Positions 26,261 to 40,992 of a stretch of DNA of 64,000 nt are shown here, piece by piece. Origin of the DNA: Chrysomallon squamiferum (taxonomy: Eukaryota; Animalia; Mollusca); assembly GCA_012295275.1 (NCBI GenBank), contig CM022666.1, positions 10,602,001 through 10,666,000 of the forward strand, written 5' to 3'. Under the pieces are notes generated by a model. The model was not told where the DNA came from, did no database searches, and saw only the letters and a list, made by a program, of their open reading frames with translations. The position numbers were made by a program, and so were the translations under genes. Position 1 is the stretch's first letter; each line of letters begins with the position of its first letter.

Positions 26261-27615
26261 ACATAATACCACACTGTCATCTACTTCCAATGTTTGTTTA
26301 CACATATACCACACTGTCATCTACTTCCAGTGTTTGTTTACACATATACCACACCGTCATCTACTTCCAGTGTTTGTTTACACATATACCACACTGTCAT
26401 CTACTTCCAGTGTTTGTTTACACATATACCACACTGTCATCTACTTCCAGTGTTTGTGTACACATAATACAACATCAACATCTACTTCCAGTGTTTGTTT
26501 ACATATAATACAACATCAACATCTACTTCCAGTGTTTGTTTACATATAATACAACATCAACATCTACTTCCAGTGTTTGTTTACACATATACCACACTGT
26601 CATCTACTTCCAGTGTTTGTTTACACATATACCACACTGTCATCTACTTCCAGTGTTTGTTTACACATAATACAACATCAACATCTACTTCCAGTGTTTG
26701 TTTACACATATACCACACTGTCATCTACTTCCAGTGTTTGTTTACACATATACCACACTGTCATCTACTTCCAGTGTTTGTTTACACATATACCACACTG
26801 TCATCTACTTCCAGTGTTTATTTACACATATACCACACTGTCATCTACTTCCAGTGTTTGTTTACACATAATACAACATCAACATCTACTTCCAGTGTTT
26901 GTTTACATATAATACAACATCAACATCTACTTCCAGTGTTTGTTTACATATAATACAACATCAACATCTACTTCCAGTGTTTGTTTACACATATACCACA
27001 CTGTCATCTACTTCCAGTGTTTGTTTACACATATACCACACTGTCATCTACTTCCAGTGTTTGTTTACACATAATACAACATCAACATCTACTTCCAGTG
27101 TTTGTTTACATATAATACACAACATCAACATCTACTTCCAGTGTTTGTTTACACATATACCACACTGTCATTTACTTCCAGTGTTTGTTTACACATATAC
27201 CACACTGTCATCTACTTCCAGTGTTTGTTTACACATATACCACACTGTCATCTACTTCCAGTGTTTGTTTACACATAATACAACATCAACATCTACTTCC
27301 AGTGTTTGTTTACATATAATACAACATCAACATCTACTTCCAGTGTTTGTTTACACATATACCACACTGTCATCTACTTCCAATGTTTGTTTACATATAA
27401 TACATCAACATCTACTTCCAGTGTTTGTTTACATATCATACAACATTAACATCTACTTCCAATGTTTGTTTACATTTAATACAACATCAACATCTACTTC
27501 CAGTGTTTGTTTACACATATACCACACTGTCATCTACTTCCAATGTTTGTTTACATATAATACAACGTCAACATCTACTTCCAGTGTTTGTTTACAACAT
27601 CAACATCTGCTTCCA
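26261..27615. repeat. 40/41-bp two-variant minisatellite (about 33 units) with a 404-bp higher-order duplication
   Basis: Constant core catctacttccagtgtttgtttaca alternates with variant A (catataccacactgt) or variant B (ca/ta-taatacaacatcaa). Confidence 0.96.
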
Positions 27616-27965
27616 CATCTGTTTTCATATTGTACAACATCCATAAATGCAATTCATTAAAATTTCATTTCACAGAAAATCGTGATATTTGAATATGAAT
27701 TGAACTTAGCCATACACACAACAAAACTACTCAGTGTCTGAGATGAAAACAGACATTTTGACGTTTACAGCATGATGACTCAGAATGTTTTAAAATCCTG
27801 CAAGTTAAAAATAAAAATTTCTCTCAGCAGTGACATCCGGCTGCGACGTTTCAAAAGCAAGCCGATGTGGTCCACATTTGAATGGACACTGAATGATAGC
27901 TGTGGTTAATTTGTTACAGGAAGGAGATTTCTGCCTCAAGGCCTGTCTCATTAACACACACACAA

Positions 27966-28042
27966 ATAATAATAATAAAATAATATATAAATTAATAATA
28001 ATAATAATAATAATAATAATGTTAATGATAATGATAGTAATA

Positions 28043-28096
<54 letters not shown>
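27966..28096. repeat. (AAT)n microsatellite
   Basis: Trinucleotide run; source of the poly-Ile ORFs on both strands. Confidence 0.95.
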
Positions 28097-28424
28097 TTTT
28101 TCAACCATCTTTTTGTTTTTCTTAGATTCACAAAACTTTAAATCTCAAATATATTTTAAGACCCTTAAATAGATACTGTAATTAATAAAATATAAAATAT
28201 TTTATATCCAGTTATATTTTTCTTTTTTCTTAATAAATAAAAAAAAATAAAAAATAAAATAATTACATTTAAGTATTAAGTATTTAACATTTGTTTCAAT
28301 TATTATAGAAAGACCCTGAACAAATTATTAATACTTTGTAATAATAATAATAATCATAATAATTCTTTAACATATTTTTTGATATTACAAGCTATGGTTT
28401 ATCCATCATATATTTACTGTAAAT

Positions 28425-28560
28425 GATGACATATGGGTTACTCTTACCGAATAAGATCAAGGGATCTTTTACATACATCTACCCATTTCAGGAAAACACA
28501 TACCTCAGCCTTCGATAAAATGTGGAAAAGTTGTTGGAATGGGATTTTTCCATCTGTCTC
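28425..28560. mobile_element. SINE-like repeat fragment (same family)
   Basis: gggttactctt...caagggatctttta...cacatacctcagccttcgata...ggaatggga. Confidence 0.55.
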
Positions 28561-30927
28561 GTATATTTTAAAATTGCAAACTAAAAGTTTTAGTTATCAA
28601 CAAGGTTGCTGAGGATTTTAAATATATTATACAACAGACTAGTAAGACTGAGCTGCAACAAATTTCATGCTGATTTAAACAAGATATTTGTACATGTCCT
28701 CTGTTCCCTTTTTATTAATCATTGCTGGTGATATATAAATGTTCATTTCCAACCAATAGTGATGTTGACTGTGGTAAATGATGTGATATCAATAAAATTC
28801 CAAACAGTAATTATTAATTGCAGTGTGTAGTGTTGAATCTTCAGTTTACTTTCCAGTTTTTTAATGGTATGTGTTCAAATACGACATGTTTGTTTTATAT
28901 TTTTTTTATAAATTTATATAATCAGTGGTGAGTGCATATAAAATAGTTCAAATGGGCTTGATTTACTGCTGATGGCAAACAAGTTTCATGAGAACCAGGA
29001 CTAAAATGTTGTCACAAACAGTAAGGGTGATCAGGGTTACAACTTTAATAATCATCTCTATTGGTATTACGTGAACACCAAAATTTGTTGTGCTAAGATA
29101 TAATAATTTAAAGATATAAAACTTCAGTTTAAAAAGATAAAATAAAAAAAATAAAATAAAAATAAAATATATAAAAAAGGATAAAACTTTAAAAATATTT
29201 CACATAAAATTGAACGATACCCTGACATGACACTCATGGAGAAACTGCCAGCCATTCAGGATATAAACAAGAAGGCCATTTTTACTGATTCTATTTTTAA
29301 ATTTGTTATCTCATGTGTAGATTCCAGTATATCAGCCATCTTGTATGAAGCAGTGCTGTTATCTTAATTACACTGATAAAATGGAGGATGGCTACCAGTA
29401 TCATTTAACTGTACAGAGCCTGGGTTGTTGATTTGTGAAAAACACTTACAAATGTTCTTTATATCTGCCAAGTACTTTATTTTTTGTAAAGTGTATTTTT
29501 TTCATATGTGTGAGTGTTTATGTAGAAGTGTGCATGTGTGTATGTGAGACACACACACACACACACAGACAGAGAGAGAGAGAGAGAGAAAGAGAGTAAC
29601 TGTAGCAATTCTTTCAATTTCTTTTCTTTTAAGAAGTTAAATAAAATTAAAAAATTTGTTTAATTTGTTTTTAGTTATTATTTTATTTTCTGTTGTTTAA
29701 CTTTTTAATTTATCATTTTTATAAACACAACTTGTATTGAGCTTTATATTAAAATGTAACCAATGTCTGCCCATAAACAAACATATCTATTTGTTGAATT
29801 CGTTAGTAAACAAATTCATTATATAATATGCTGAATAGTTCATTATGTTTCTTACTTAATATTCTTAAAAGTTTGAGTTGTTTTGAGACAGCAGCCTAAG
29901 TGACAACAAAATTTGATTAGTTAACAATCTACTTCATTATAACAAACAAAATTACTGAACAAACTCTTTACACACATATATGCATGAACATACACAGAAA
30001 CACATACACACATACATACACCAATACCAACAAACAGGCACATTAACTCATGTGCACACGTACCCACAGTTAGCCAACATAATAAAGTATATTAGCTGTA
30101 ATTCAAAACAAAACTTAAATTAGTCATGCAAGAGCTAGCTAGTATTAACTGTAAGATAATCTAATGGAAACACCAAGAGAATTGATCTTGCAACCGATCA
30201 CATCTGAGGCAGTGCTTCAACTGTTTCCCTTGATGTTCAGTGAATAAAACACTGAACACTTAAAATTATCAAGTCATTTCTTAAATACTTAAACAAGAGA
30301 TTTCACCTCACATTAAAGAAGTAAAGTAAACAGTAATCTGACTGAAGAAACATATTTGTAGGGGATATAACAGAAATTTCATATCACATAAAGATAGTTA
30401 TAAAACACCACACAAAACAAACAGTAAATCAACATAACCTGTGTCACCACATTATTACTAGCTACTGTCACTGTAATATAGTTAACCATTTCACTACAAC
30501 CAAAGTTACCATTTCATCACAATCCATGTAACCAATGAATTACACCTGTATTATCACATCAGTACAACACATGTAACCATTATATCATAAACACAGAATA
30601 TGTCATAATTTAACTGTGTTGTAAAAACAAAGTAATGATGTCAGCAAATTTGAAGTAACTACAACACAGTAAATCAAGTAATCAGATGATTACAGCTTAG
30701 ATAAACTATTACATTGTCAAATGAAGAAATATACATTTAGTTTTCAGTTTTGGTTTTTCTGACAATTCTGGGAAGATAAAATCTGGGAACATAAAACTAA
30801 AAATAAAAGAAACAAACCAACCAAAAAACCCCACATGATGTTTCAACTAAACAAGAACAATAATAATAATAATGACAACAACAATAAAGTTTCTAATAAA
30901 ACAAAACAACAACATGCATTAACTCAC

Positions 30928-31123
30928 CCAGGTCTGACTTTGGCCGAGGACGTTTGCATAGCCGACCACTCTGTTTGCGGTAGACAATGTTTGGTTCCTT
31001 GAATTCCTCCAACAGATCAGCCCATCTGACAGTAATGTCTGACTTTGGTCTCTCCTGTTTTGGGGAAGGAGATTTACGAAGTTTTACTATTGTTGCTAAT
31101 GATGTAGCACCATCAGGAGATAC
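30928..31123 (-). CDS. ARHGEF4: Coding exon VSPDGATS...KRPRPKSDLG
   Basis: Acceptor TCTGTCTCCAG, donor G|GTGAGT; 196 nt, phase 0-1, open frame. Confidence 0.88.
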
Positions 31124-31500
31124 CTGGAGACAGAAGTAGAGATATGCAATATAAACATATATTATGTAGGCTGAAAGAATATTAAATATTTGTATAATAT
31201 AATAAAAGTTGAAATAAATTATATTAAATAAAATAAATGATTGCCTATATGTTCATATGTACACATGTCTATACTAACTATATATGCATACTCGTACATA
31301 CTCACAGACTGCTAGATAATCCATACACACAGCAATAAGCTACATTAAAAAATAACACTCACCATTACAAAAATATTTATAACCAACAGCCAACCATCGA
31401 GGGAGAAATAGAAGTAGTTGTTATCTTTATCACATTCCAACCATTTTATTACTATGTACAATATTTATTTAACATCTCACCATAAACAGTTCTTTCTTAC

Positions 31501-31515
31501 CTGAATCAGATACAT
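31501..31515 (-). CDS. ARHGEF4: Candidate alternative first exon, coding part MYLIQ
   Basis: ATG TAT CTG ATT CAG|GTAAGA strong phase-0 donor, upstream in-frame TGA, about 380 bp upstream of the phase-0 acceptor at 31123. Confidence 0.35.
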
Positions 31516-33322
31516 TAATCAGTCAGATTAACAACAGAGGTCTCAGCAGTGCTGTTCTCAACAATAACACACTTGTACCGATTTCTGTGTAATATCTTCA
31601 CAATAATCCTAAATATTCTATTTTAGCTTTGTGTAATTACTGAGTAGTAAAGAAAATACTGTTATAGCAGATTTAATCTTCAAATTCATGCAGTTATTTC
31701 ATACTGAGTTCTTAGTGACCCAGTTCTTTCAAAGATAAATGTGATATAAACACAGCAGTAAACTTGTTAAAATATATCATTGGGTGTTATGAAGAAAACC
31801 TTTTAAATACTGTTTTTTAATTCCAAATAATTGTATTGAAAATAAAAATATATTCAAGAGATTTATAGGCATTTTACCTTCTTTAATGGTGAATTATATA
31901 TATATATTACTCTTTGAAAGACTTCTAAATAGAAAAATGTAATTTAAAAAAATAATAAATAAATAAATTGTTTTCACATACTTTATCAACAATATATCAT
32001 AATTTTATTTTATTAATTAACTGATTATTGTAAACAACAATAACAACAACTTAAATAATAAATAAAAAATTAAAACAAATCTAGAAATGGCCATGATTTA
32101 TTTATTTATTTATTTATTTATTTATCTTCTGTTGTTGTTTTTTTCTTTGTTTATTTATCCAACAATATATTATTCTTTTATCTTACCTTATTGCAAAAGA
32201 AATATCTAATGAAAATAATTATTCCTTGGTTATTTGAGCTGTTAAGGACAGTAAAATGACAACAGTTATCTGTGTTATCATATCAACTTTTATTTATTAA
32301 ATATCTGATAAATCATTTTATTATCCATGGTAAAATGAACAGTAGTAAAACAGTGCACTGTAAAGCAGGTGTATAGAATATGTCATCTACTTAAGTTTTA
32401 GAAATTATAATTTAAAAAATCTGTTTACTGGTGTCATTCATTGTTGATTGATGGTGTCAACCATTGGCCAGTCCAATTAACACCTTACAGGTAAATCTTA
32501 CTTACTAACGATCTGTCACCTGTGTTTTTATTTATTAAATTAATTAATAATATTCTCAGGTAGAGAAGGTAGAGAAGATGTAAGTTATGTGTATTTGAGT
32601 AATGAGTTTGTCAAGTGAATGCTAATAATGTCAGGTTGTTTTTGTTTTTTATTATTGTTTTTATTGTTGTTACCGTTTTTGTTATTGTTATTGTTATCAT
32701 TATAATCATCATCATCATCACCACCATAATCAAACTCTGCACATACCATGATTTGCACATACTTATACACACAAATACTTATATTTACCTACAACATATG
32801 CATATGCCTTAACAAACACACACAGACACAGTCCACACACACACACACACAACATAAGATATTGATTTGTAACAACGTAATTTATTTGTGTGTGCAAGTA
32901 TTTAGTATACATATATATCAGTATCTTTGCGATCTAGAATTTACACTGAATGTTTAAGGACCAAGTCCTGCTACTTTGACAGGTTCTGCTCTACAGGTGA
33001 TACTTCTTGGTCTTGAGATTTATAATACATGAAATAATTTTAAAAAAAAGAAAAAAAAAAGCATTTATTGTTTTTATGATTTCCGTAATCTCCTTTTATT
33101 AATTCTGTGAGAAATAGACATAATGGTTACATAGGGAATTCCCTTATGGATATTCATGATACATTCCTGTAGTCTGGCAATGGCCGAATGTCAAGGATAT
33201 CAGATTAAAGAAGTACAGCTAATTGTTTAAATATTTGCATGTGTATATGACACATGCTTTGTGTGTATGTGTTTCTATGTGCAGATATAAAAATGTGGTG
33301 TAAAAACCAAAAGTTATCTCAC

Positions 33323-34789
33323 CTTAAGAGACTCAGCACTGGACTGCAGAATCACATCATGCTGTATTCCACTGTCGTTGCTGTTACTAGCACTGATATC
33401 GCCCTGAGCCTTCCCAGAATGCACATCCATCTCTGGTTTACATACATTTCTTCTTGCTGTCACATCATCTCTGATACCAGTGGGTGATGCAAGAAGAGTG
33501 GACTCTAAATCACTGTCAACTCCTGACGGCAGAGGTGACATTGACTGTGATGTCAGAGTATCGTCAGAACTGAAGTCCCAGTCATACTGACTAAAATCAC
33601 CTGAGCCACGGGATGAAGTTACAGCTTTTCCTGATCCAGACAAGCTCTTTCTCCTCTGAGGAACTTCAGGCCGAGCTAACAGTCTTGTATGAAATGGACT
33701 TACCTCAAGATGACTGTCAGACACTTTATTTAGGTTTGAGCCCTCAACACTGTGCTCAGACTCATACGAGTTTTTGCTGGAAAGTTTAGAGTCTGTGGCA
33801 TTGCGGTGTATGTGGGAGATGTATGGTGAACTGGGAACTGATCTAATGGATCCAATATCCTCATCTTTAAGGAAAGCTGCTATAGGAGGACTGGTTGACT
33901 TTATACTATGACTTGAACCTTTCCTCCTGAAGAGAGATTTGAAAGAGATTCGTCTAGAAACCTCCTTCCCTTCTTCCTTACTATCCCCATCACTCTTTGA
34001 TCTGCTCTGCGATTTCTCAGAAAATGATTTCCGTTTTGACAGCATTCTTTTAAAGAAGTTTGGACTTTTTGGTCGTTGTCTGTCTGTATGTCCTTCGTCA
34101 TTTACTGATAGATGACTACTACACAGACTTGAGTGAGATCCATGTAACAAATTCTGATCCTGGTGAGCAGATTTGAAACTGTCATTTCTCTGAAGACGAG
34201 AGTCATAATCTCCATTCCGTATATCATCTACAGAACTTTTCCACAAATTCACAGAAACTGGTCGCTGTCCATCACTATCTCGTCCACTTCGCCGTGGCAA
34301 AGTGGCTGATGCTGTAACAAGAATTTTCTGACTAGAACTTGTAGATTCTGTGAGGCCTGAACCCCAGTCTAAAGGATTTTCTAGAAACACATCATTATCT
34401 ATAAGATGCCGATCTATAAGAGACAGAATTTCCTCTCGCATTGCATGTTCAGAAGTGAAGGTCACACTCTGATCATCACTGACAGACTCCTGACTGATTA
34501 CAGACAAACAACTTCCACTTTTACCATCCTCAGTGAGAGATGAGTTGTCCCGACTTGAGTGGCCTGCAACAAAATGTCCATCAACATACGTAACTTTGAC
34601 GTCACTGTATAACAACGCTCCTGTCGGCAGACTCAGACTTCGACGACTGTACTGCCTTCGTCGTGCTCGGCCAGGCAGAGTTGAGATCTCAGTTTCAGAT
34701 CTGGCTGGACTATTAGATACATCCTGGACAGACACAGTGTCACTGAGGATGTCACCACCTTCCTCTTGTTCTGAGATTTCTGTCAGTAA
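33323..34789 (-). CDS. ARHGEF4: Large Ser-rich, probably disordered N-terminal exon (489 codons)
   Basis: 499-aa ORF; acceptor TTTTTCAG|TTA and donor AAG|GTGAGA, phase 0-0; basic-Ser motifs RRISF, KRKSF, RPKSP. Confidence 0.9.
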
Positions 34790-37700
34790 CTGAAAAACAA
34801 AATTAATAGTCATTTTTAATTACATTATTTAATAATAATTTTATAGTTTAATATTTTATTGTTGATATATTCTAGTAATGGTCTCAAAGAAAGAAAATAG
34901 TAAAAAGGGGAAAAAAAGAAAAAAAAGAACGTACAAAAAAATATCTTCAAATGTAATGATCTATGCAATGATTCCACAAATTACTGAATATTAAACAAAA
35001 AAATATGTTGTTAAAACAATCTTACTAATAGTAAAAATGTAAAAAATATATTAATAAAAAAGGTAAAAATAATAATAGTAAAATGTATAATTTTATAAAC
35101 AAAGACTAATATCAGCATATATTATTTACAACAGCATATGTTACTGTCAAGGGTCCGTCATCTTTCATGTGTGACAATAAGGCAGTGACACATTAAAGAA
35201 ATTTTCAATACAAACCTGGATGATAAATAAACATTATTCCTTCAATTTCACTCATACTTTTAGATAAATAATTTCTAAGATACACTTTAATTTCTCAAAA
35301 CCAGTGAGTTCTAAGATGAAGATATTTTTCAATATTTGTGGAGCTAAACAAATAATTTTGGAATATTAATTTGATATCCTGTATATGCAGTGAATTGCTA
35401 GATTTTTATAATAAATTTTGTAATAAACATACATACTTATAGTTGAAACAAAATTTTCAAGGTTTGTGGAACTATCAATAATTACTGAATATTAATTTAA
35501 TTTCCTGAATGTTTGATTACTTCCTAAATAACAATGATTTCTGTGATAAACTTTGACATCCATGAAACACATACTGTTTCTAAGATACATGTTTTCTTTA
35601 ACTGTAACATATTTTCTAGTAAAATTTAGATTTTTCAGATCTACAAGAATACTTATATGCAATGGTTTCCAGGCTCTAAGGAGAATTTTTCACAACTGAA
35701 ATAATTTCCTGATGTATTTTGATTTGTTAGTTTGTAGGTACAATTGCTACCAAACTTAACTGTAAGGCTTAATTTCCAGTAAACATTCTGATGCCCAGAG
35801 TAATCTCCATGGATTACTCTGATTTCTTAAAACATTAAAATCCAAGTCACTTTATCTTCTTCAGTTTACAATGAACCTGATATATGTTAAATAACTTCCA
35901 TGAACAAATGGTGAATCCTTAGGTGTACAAAAATACACTTAAAAGTCCATGACTTTCAAGAATTATCACATGTTGTAATTAATTAGAAAATAACTTCAGA
36001 ACTGTTTACAGAATGATTTCTAAGATAGACTTTACCTTCCATCATTAGCCATTTTCTGTGTTGTTGACCTAAATGAGTTAATGGAACATATTTAAAAACA
36101 CAAACCTGTAACTGTAAAACTAAAGAGCCAAATTAAAACCACAAATTTTGATCCTGGTTTCATATTTCCCAATCTGAAATGCAGACAGCTAACAGCTTTT
36201 TATCCACTCAATCATACACAAGTTGTGACAACCTCTTCAAGTGCAAAGCCCAGTTAAGTGTTATTCTCAAACCAAAGCATCTCATTTAACACAGAAAGCA
36301 ATTCCACATTTCAGCACAACTAGCCACTGGTCATTTCTGTACAGTTGATAAAAAGGCTTCAAGGCTGGGGTTAAGTTAATGACTGGTGGGGAAAGAGATT
36401 TGCAATTAAGGACAGCATAGTTAACCCTTTCTCAGCCAACACCGACATATCTCAAGGCCAGTGATTTTTCTTTCTTCTAAAAGCCTGTTGGTGATAGTTC
36501 TACTAATCATTTCACTGCTAATGCAATAAGATCTGAAGAAGAATGAATTGAAAACTGAAGCTGCTGATTATATTATATCTAACACCAACAGATTTGTAAT
36601 CTGCATATTAAGTCTTTGCCAACAGATCTGGAAAACTGGATACTTTAACACACCATACAGATAAATGTGGTCTATTTTGTGAATGACTTTTACTTGATAT
36701 AAAGAAATATAAAATAAATAAATAATATAATCTTAAATCAAAAACAGATTTTAATTTTAATACATTTTTGGTAAATGTGACAAAAAAATAAATTAAAAAA
36801 AATTATCTGCAATCTGACAGATTTCTAAAAGATTTAAAAATATAATCTATCATCAGACACAGATTTTTACTTTATCACATTTTAAAAGATTTTTGGCTTA
36901 CATTTCAAAGGAATAAAAAGTTTGAAATGTAGAGGAATACAAGATATATTTTATAAGTAATTAGGTCAAATGTAATACTTGTGATGGTTCTTTACAGAGT
37001 TCTTAAGTGAAAAACATCAAAAACACTTTAAATAGGTCTTTTCTCTTGTTTCACCTTGACCCACAGAAAAAGCTATTTCCTATAATACTTATAACTAGCA
37101 TTTCAGTATTTTCAGATTTCTAACTATAATTGTGCTTAATATTTCAGTGTACATATATTTTTGACACCTATATTTATAATTTCAAGATTTATTTATTCTT
37201 ATCTAACCACGTATTTATAATTAGCATTAGAGCATTCATATATTTTAACTATACTTATTATAATTAGCAGTATTCACAAATATAAATTTTTAACATCATT
37301 ATCTCCATACACAGTTATCAGTTTAACAGTAATAAAGATAAACTTACAATTAACTGACAAATATTAATTATCAGTCAAACACCTAACCTTGTAATTAAAA
37401 TTTCAGTAATCATAAATTTTTGACAACATTAATAATTCAATTCACAAATATCTTATTTTCTTAATTAATTAATTACTTTATTATTATTATTATTTATTTA
37501 TTTTTGTATTTAATTGTTTAGTATTAACAACTACTGTAACAGTATTAAAACGTTTCAGTAATTATAAAATATTCAGTGCAAAGGAACATTTGATGTGACA
37601 CACACTGTATCTCATACACATCATTACTATAATTTGTGCTTTAGCATTCACAGAACGTTTGTGTACAATATCTTAAAAGACCGAGTTCCCAAATACAAGA

Positions 37701-40504
37701 AGAAAAAAATCTACTTGATACAAAAATACTAAACAGAGTGAGTTCTTATGAATATTTATTTATTTATTTATTTATTTTAATAAAACTGGCTGTAACGTTA
37801 TTATTAACAATTAAAATAATGCAAATGATCAGACAAACAGAGAGAGAAGATGGTTCAAGTTAACTATCAGTCTTATAATGTTTCAAGAAGGAAGCCATTT
37901 CTTTACTGTTTTCACTGATTTACTGTTGACACTGTAAGGAGAACTGAAGATTTGACAGTTATTTAAACCAATGCTTTTAAAACTAGTGAATATGTAACAC
38001 AAATATAAATGAAATTATCTTGAAATTGTAAATAAAAAGTATCAAAAATATAAGGAAATATAGGCTCAGATGAATGCTATTTGGATGGAATAGTATTTTA
38101 AAAGTAAGTAAATTTAGTCACAGGTGAAAAAAACTTTATGACAGAAAATTTAAATGCCTTAAATAGTTTAAGAAGCACTGTTTCTTGATTCTACAGTTTA
38201 AAATTTATTCTTTGGGTTATGTTTTCTCTTAATAAGCTTTATGCATACTTTACATCTATTTTCTTTATTCAGTAATTGATCTTTGGTAACTTTGTAAATT
38301 CACAGAGACTTAGTAACTCTTTTTTATAATTTAATAACTGTCCACTAAATACATTTCAATAACCTAATTTATTTTATTTGTCAGATTAAAAATAAATCAA
38401 TAAATAACTAAATAAATAAATCATTGCAGATTGTCTATTGTAAAACCTTGTCCTCTGTTGACCTGTATGGTATGTGACCTCTAACCTCTGACCTTCACCT
38501 GTGAAGGCAGTTCATAAACAAAAGTTCACCTAAGTGGATTCTCTACACTGGTTAATGTGTGTTGATGATAAACACACTTACACTAGGGGAGGTATGTGCA
38601 TGTCGCTAACACCTGGGAATGTGCTTTACTGCCTCATACAAAGGAAAACTTCCACTGGTAACACACAACCCAGTATCCATGCAGTGAGAGCAAACCAGTG
38701 AGCAGGAGAGAGAAAAGTTATTTTTGTCTATGGATATCAGATACCAACAAAACTGAAGATAGGAAATTTTATTTTATGATTGTTGTAATTCACTTAAATG
38801 ATAACATAAAATATTTCTCGAAGAAGATAAGAATGAATGTTAAAAAAGACAGGTAAAAAATTATCGATATGGTAATAATTAAAAACATATTAAACACAAA
38901 GGTTAAAGAGAGTGAGAGAGAATTATAGAATCATGTAGTTTGGATGGGGTGAGGGTGAAAAAATACTTTAGTTTATAATAATAGTTAAACAATTTTGTAT
39001 TCATAACACATAACTTCACAACAAAATGAAAGAAAGAACGAGATAGCAAAGAATTTCACAACAGTTTGAAAGGGACAGAGTTAATCAGTAGTTCTTCCTT
39101 AATAACAATGATGAACATTATGATGATGATGATCATTTCCTAAGATAAAACCTGAGTAATACCTTTATTAAGTGTAATGTACTCTATATTATATTATCAG
39201 AAAGTATCAAAAATAATAACATTGTTACATATGACATACATTATGATTCTTAGAGGAATATATTACAGATAATAACATTGTTTTGAAAATCATGTAAAAA
39301 GTTGTGAAAAAGTACTCTAGTTTTATCTGTCACTGAAACTGACATTCACTCTGAATACAAGATCAGTAAATGTGTAAGTTGCAAGAAGAACCCTTTAGCT
39401 GCCACACACACTGAAAACACCTGTGACTGTTTCTTGGCAACAGATGAGCAGGTTTATTGTGGGAACAATCTATATGGGGAAACAAACAGTATCATGAATG
39501 TATTTCTCAAATTTTTAAGATGAGGACAAACTTTAAAGAAGTTAAATCTGAAGTTACAATTTGATTATTTTTATGACTTTGTTACCCTTTCTAGAGTTGC
39601 AATTTGAATAAACATTAATATTTAAGAGAAATGTGTTAAACTACCACATTCTGTTAACACTGGAGTTTAAATATAAAATGGACAGAGGGTCTATGGAAGG
39701 TAAGCAGATTTAATCCCAGAACAGTCAGAATGAGAACAAAGTTTGTGAGAGAAATTAATTTTGTCAGAACAAAAGTTCTGAAGAACAATTAATGGAGAAA
39801 AAAAGTTGTGATGCTGATTTTAGTAAAATATTGTAAAGTTATTATTTCTTTCAATGAATGAAGAAAAAAAAAATAGATACAATATAATTATGGATATTAA
39901 AAGAATTCTGATGTGAACCTGACACATACAAACTAAACATTTTACTTCTATTAACTGTCTCTTTTATAAAAGATTAGAATTATAACTTTCTAGTTTATCT
40001 TTAAGAAATAGATATTTATTGATCTCTTTTAGTTGATTTATTATTGATCTAGAAACTCATGTAGTTAAAATCAATAGATAAACCTCATAACAAAACAAGA
40101 CACCATGTTTAATTTTGTTTTTAAGATTCATACTACTCCAAGAAAATCTTAAAACTGGCAATCAATGCTTTGTGAATATATAATGTACTTTTGACGATAT
40201 GTTTTATTAGGGTTTATTTTGTTTGTTTTTCTGAGACCCACCTTCACTAATAATCAAACCTGAAAAGTGAAGTTATTTTTCTGCATTCATGATGCATTAC
40301 ACAAAAACTCAAAACAGATATGCTCTGATTTCTGCAAGCACTGTCAGGAAAAACACAGCTACAGAAAAATATGCATTGAAACCATGACTTCAAATCAAAA
40401 GGGCTAAAATGGCCATGCTCAGTTTTTTTGTAAGAGCATTATTATTATTTTGTATGTGTGTGTGTGTCATACTCTATTATTAATGATAAAAGTTATTCAA
40501 CCAA

Positions 40505-40543
<39 letters not shown>

Positions 40544-40942
40544 TTGGAAATATAAATAATTTTTCTTCAAGACTTTTCATCTGTAGTTTACATGTATACT
40601 TTTTATCCAAACTTAAACAAGTAGCTGCTTGCAAATTTAATATTTGTACTAATGTGAACTGTGCAAGACCAGTAAGACTGGTAAAGGAAACACAAGTGAA
40701 TAATAAAGTGATATTTGCAGACATGTAAGTTCTAGTGTGGCTTCTCAATATAATTTACTGTAGTGGTCACTGTATGAACTGTAACAGAATTAACCAAATT
40801 ACTGCACGAGATTTATAAACTGTTGGTTGCCATGTGACTAGAATACTTCCGAAAGTCAAATATATTTGCGTATTAGAAATATGGCTTTCTGGAACACCAG
40901 TAGATAACAGTTATTTAAACCAGAAAAAATAATAATTAAAAA

Positions 40943-40992
<50 letters not shown>

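Noticed and set aside
26261-27615. CRISPR-like constant repeat with variable spacers, and overlapping long ORFs
   Set aside because: Only two short recurring spacer types, no cas genes, eukaryotic intron; the ORFs are translations of the tandem repeat.
27805-28141. Poly-Ile hydrophobic ORFs on both strands
   Set aside because: Artefact of the (AAT)n microsatellite.
33254-34793. Antisense and alternative-frame ORFs overlapping the large exon (also 14110..14322 and 63296..63532)
   Set aside because: Shadow ORFs of real coding exons, with no independent splice signals or homology.
36036-36060. AAAATGGCTAATGATGGAAG|GTAAAG candidate first exon
   Set aside because: Neither ATG is in phase with the phase-0 acceptor at 34789; at most a UTR exon, unsupported.
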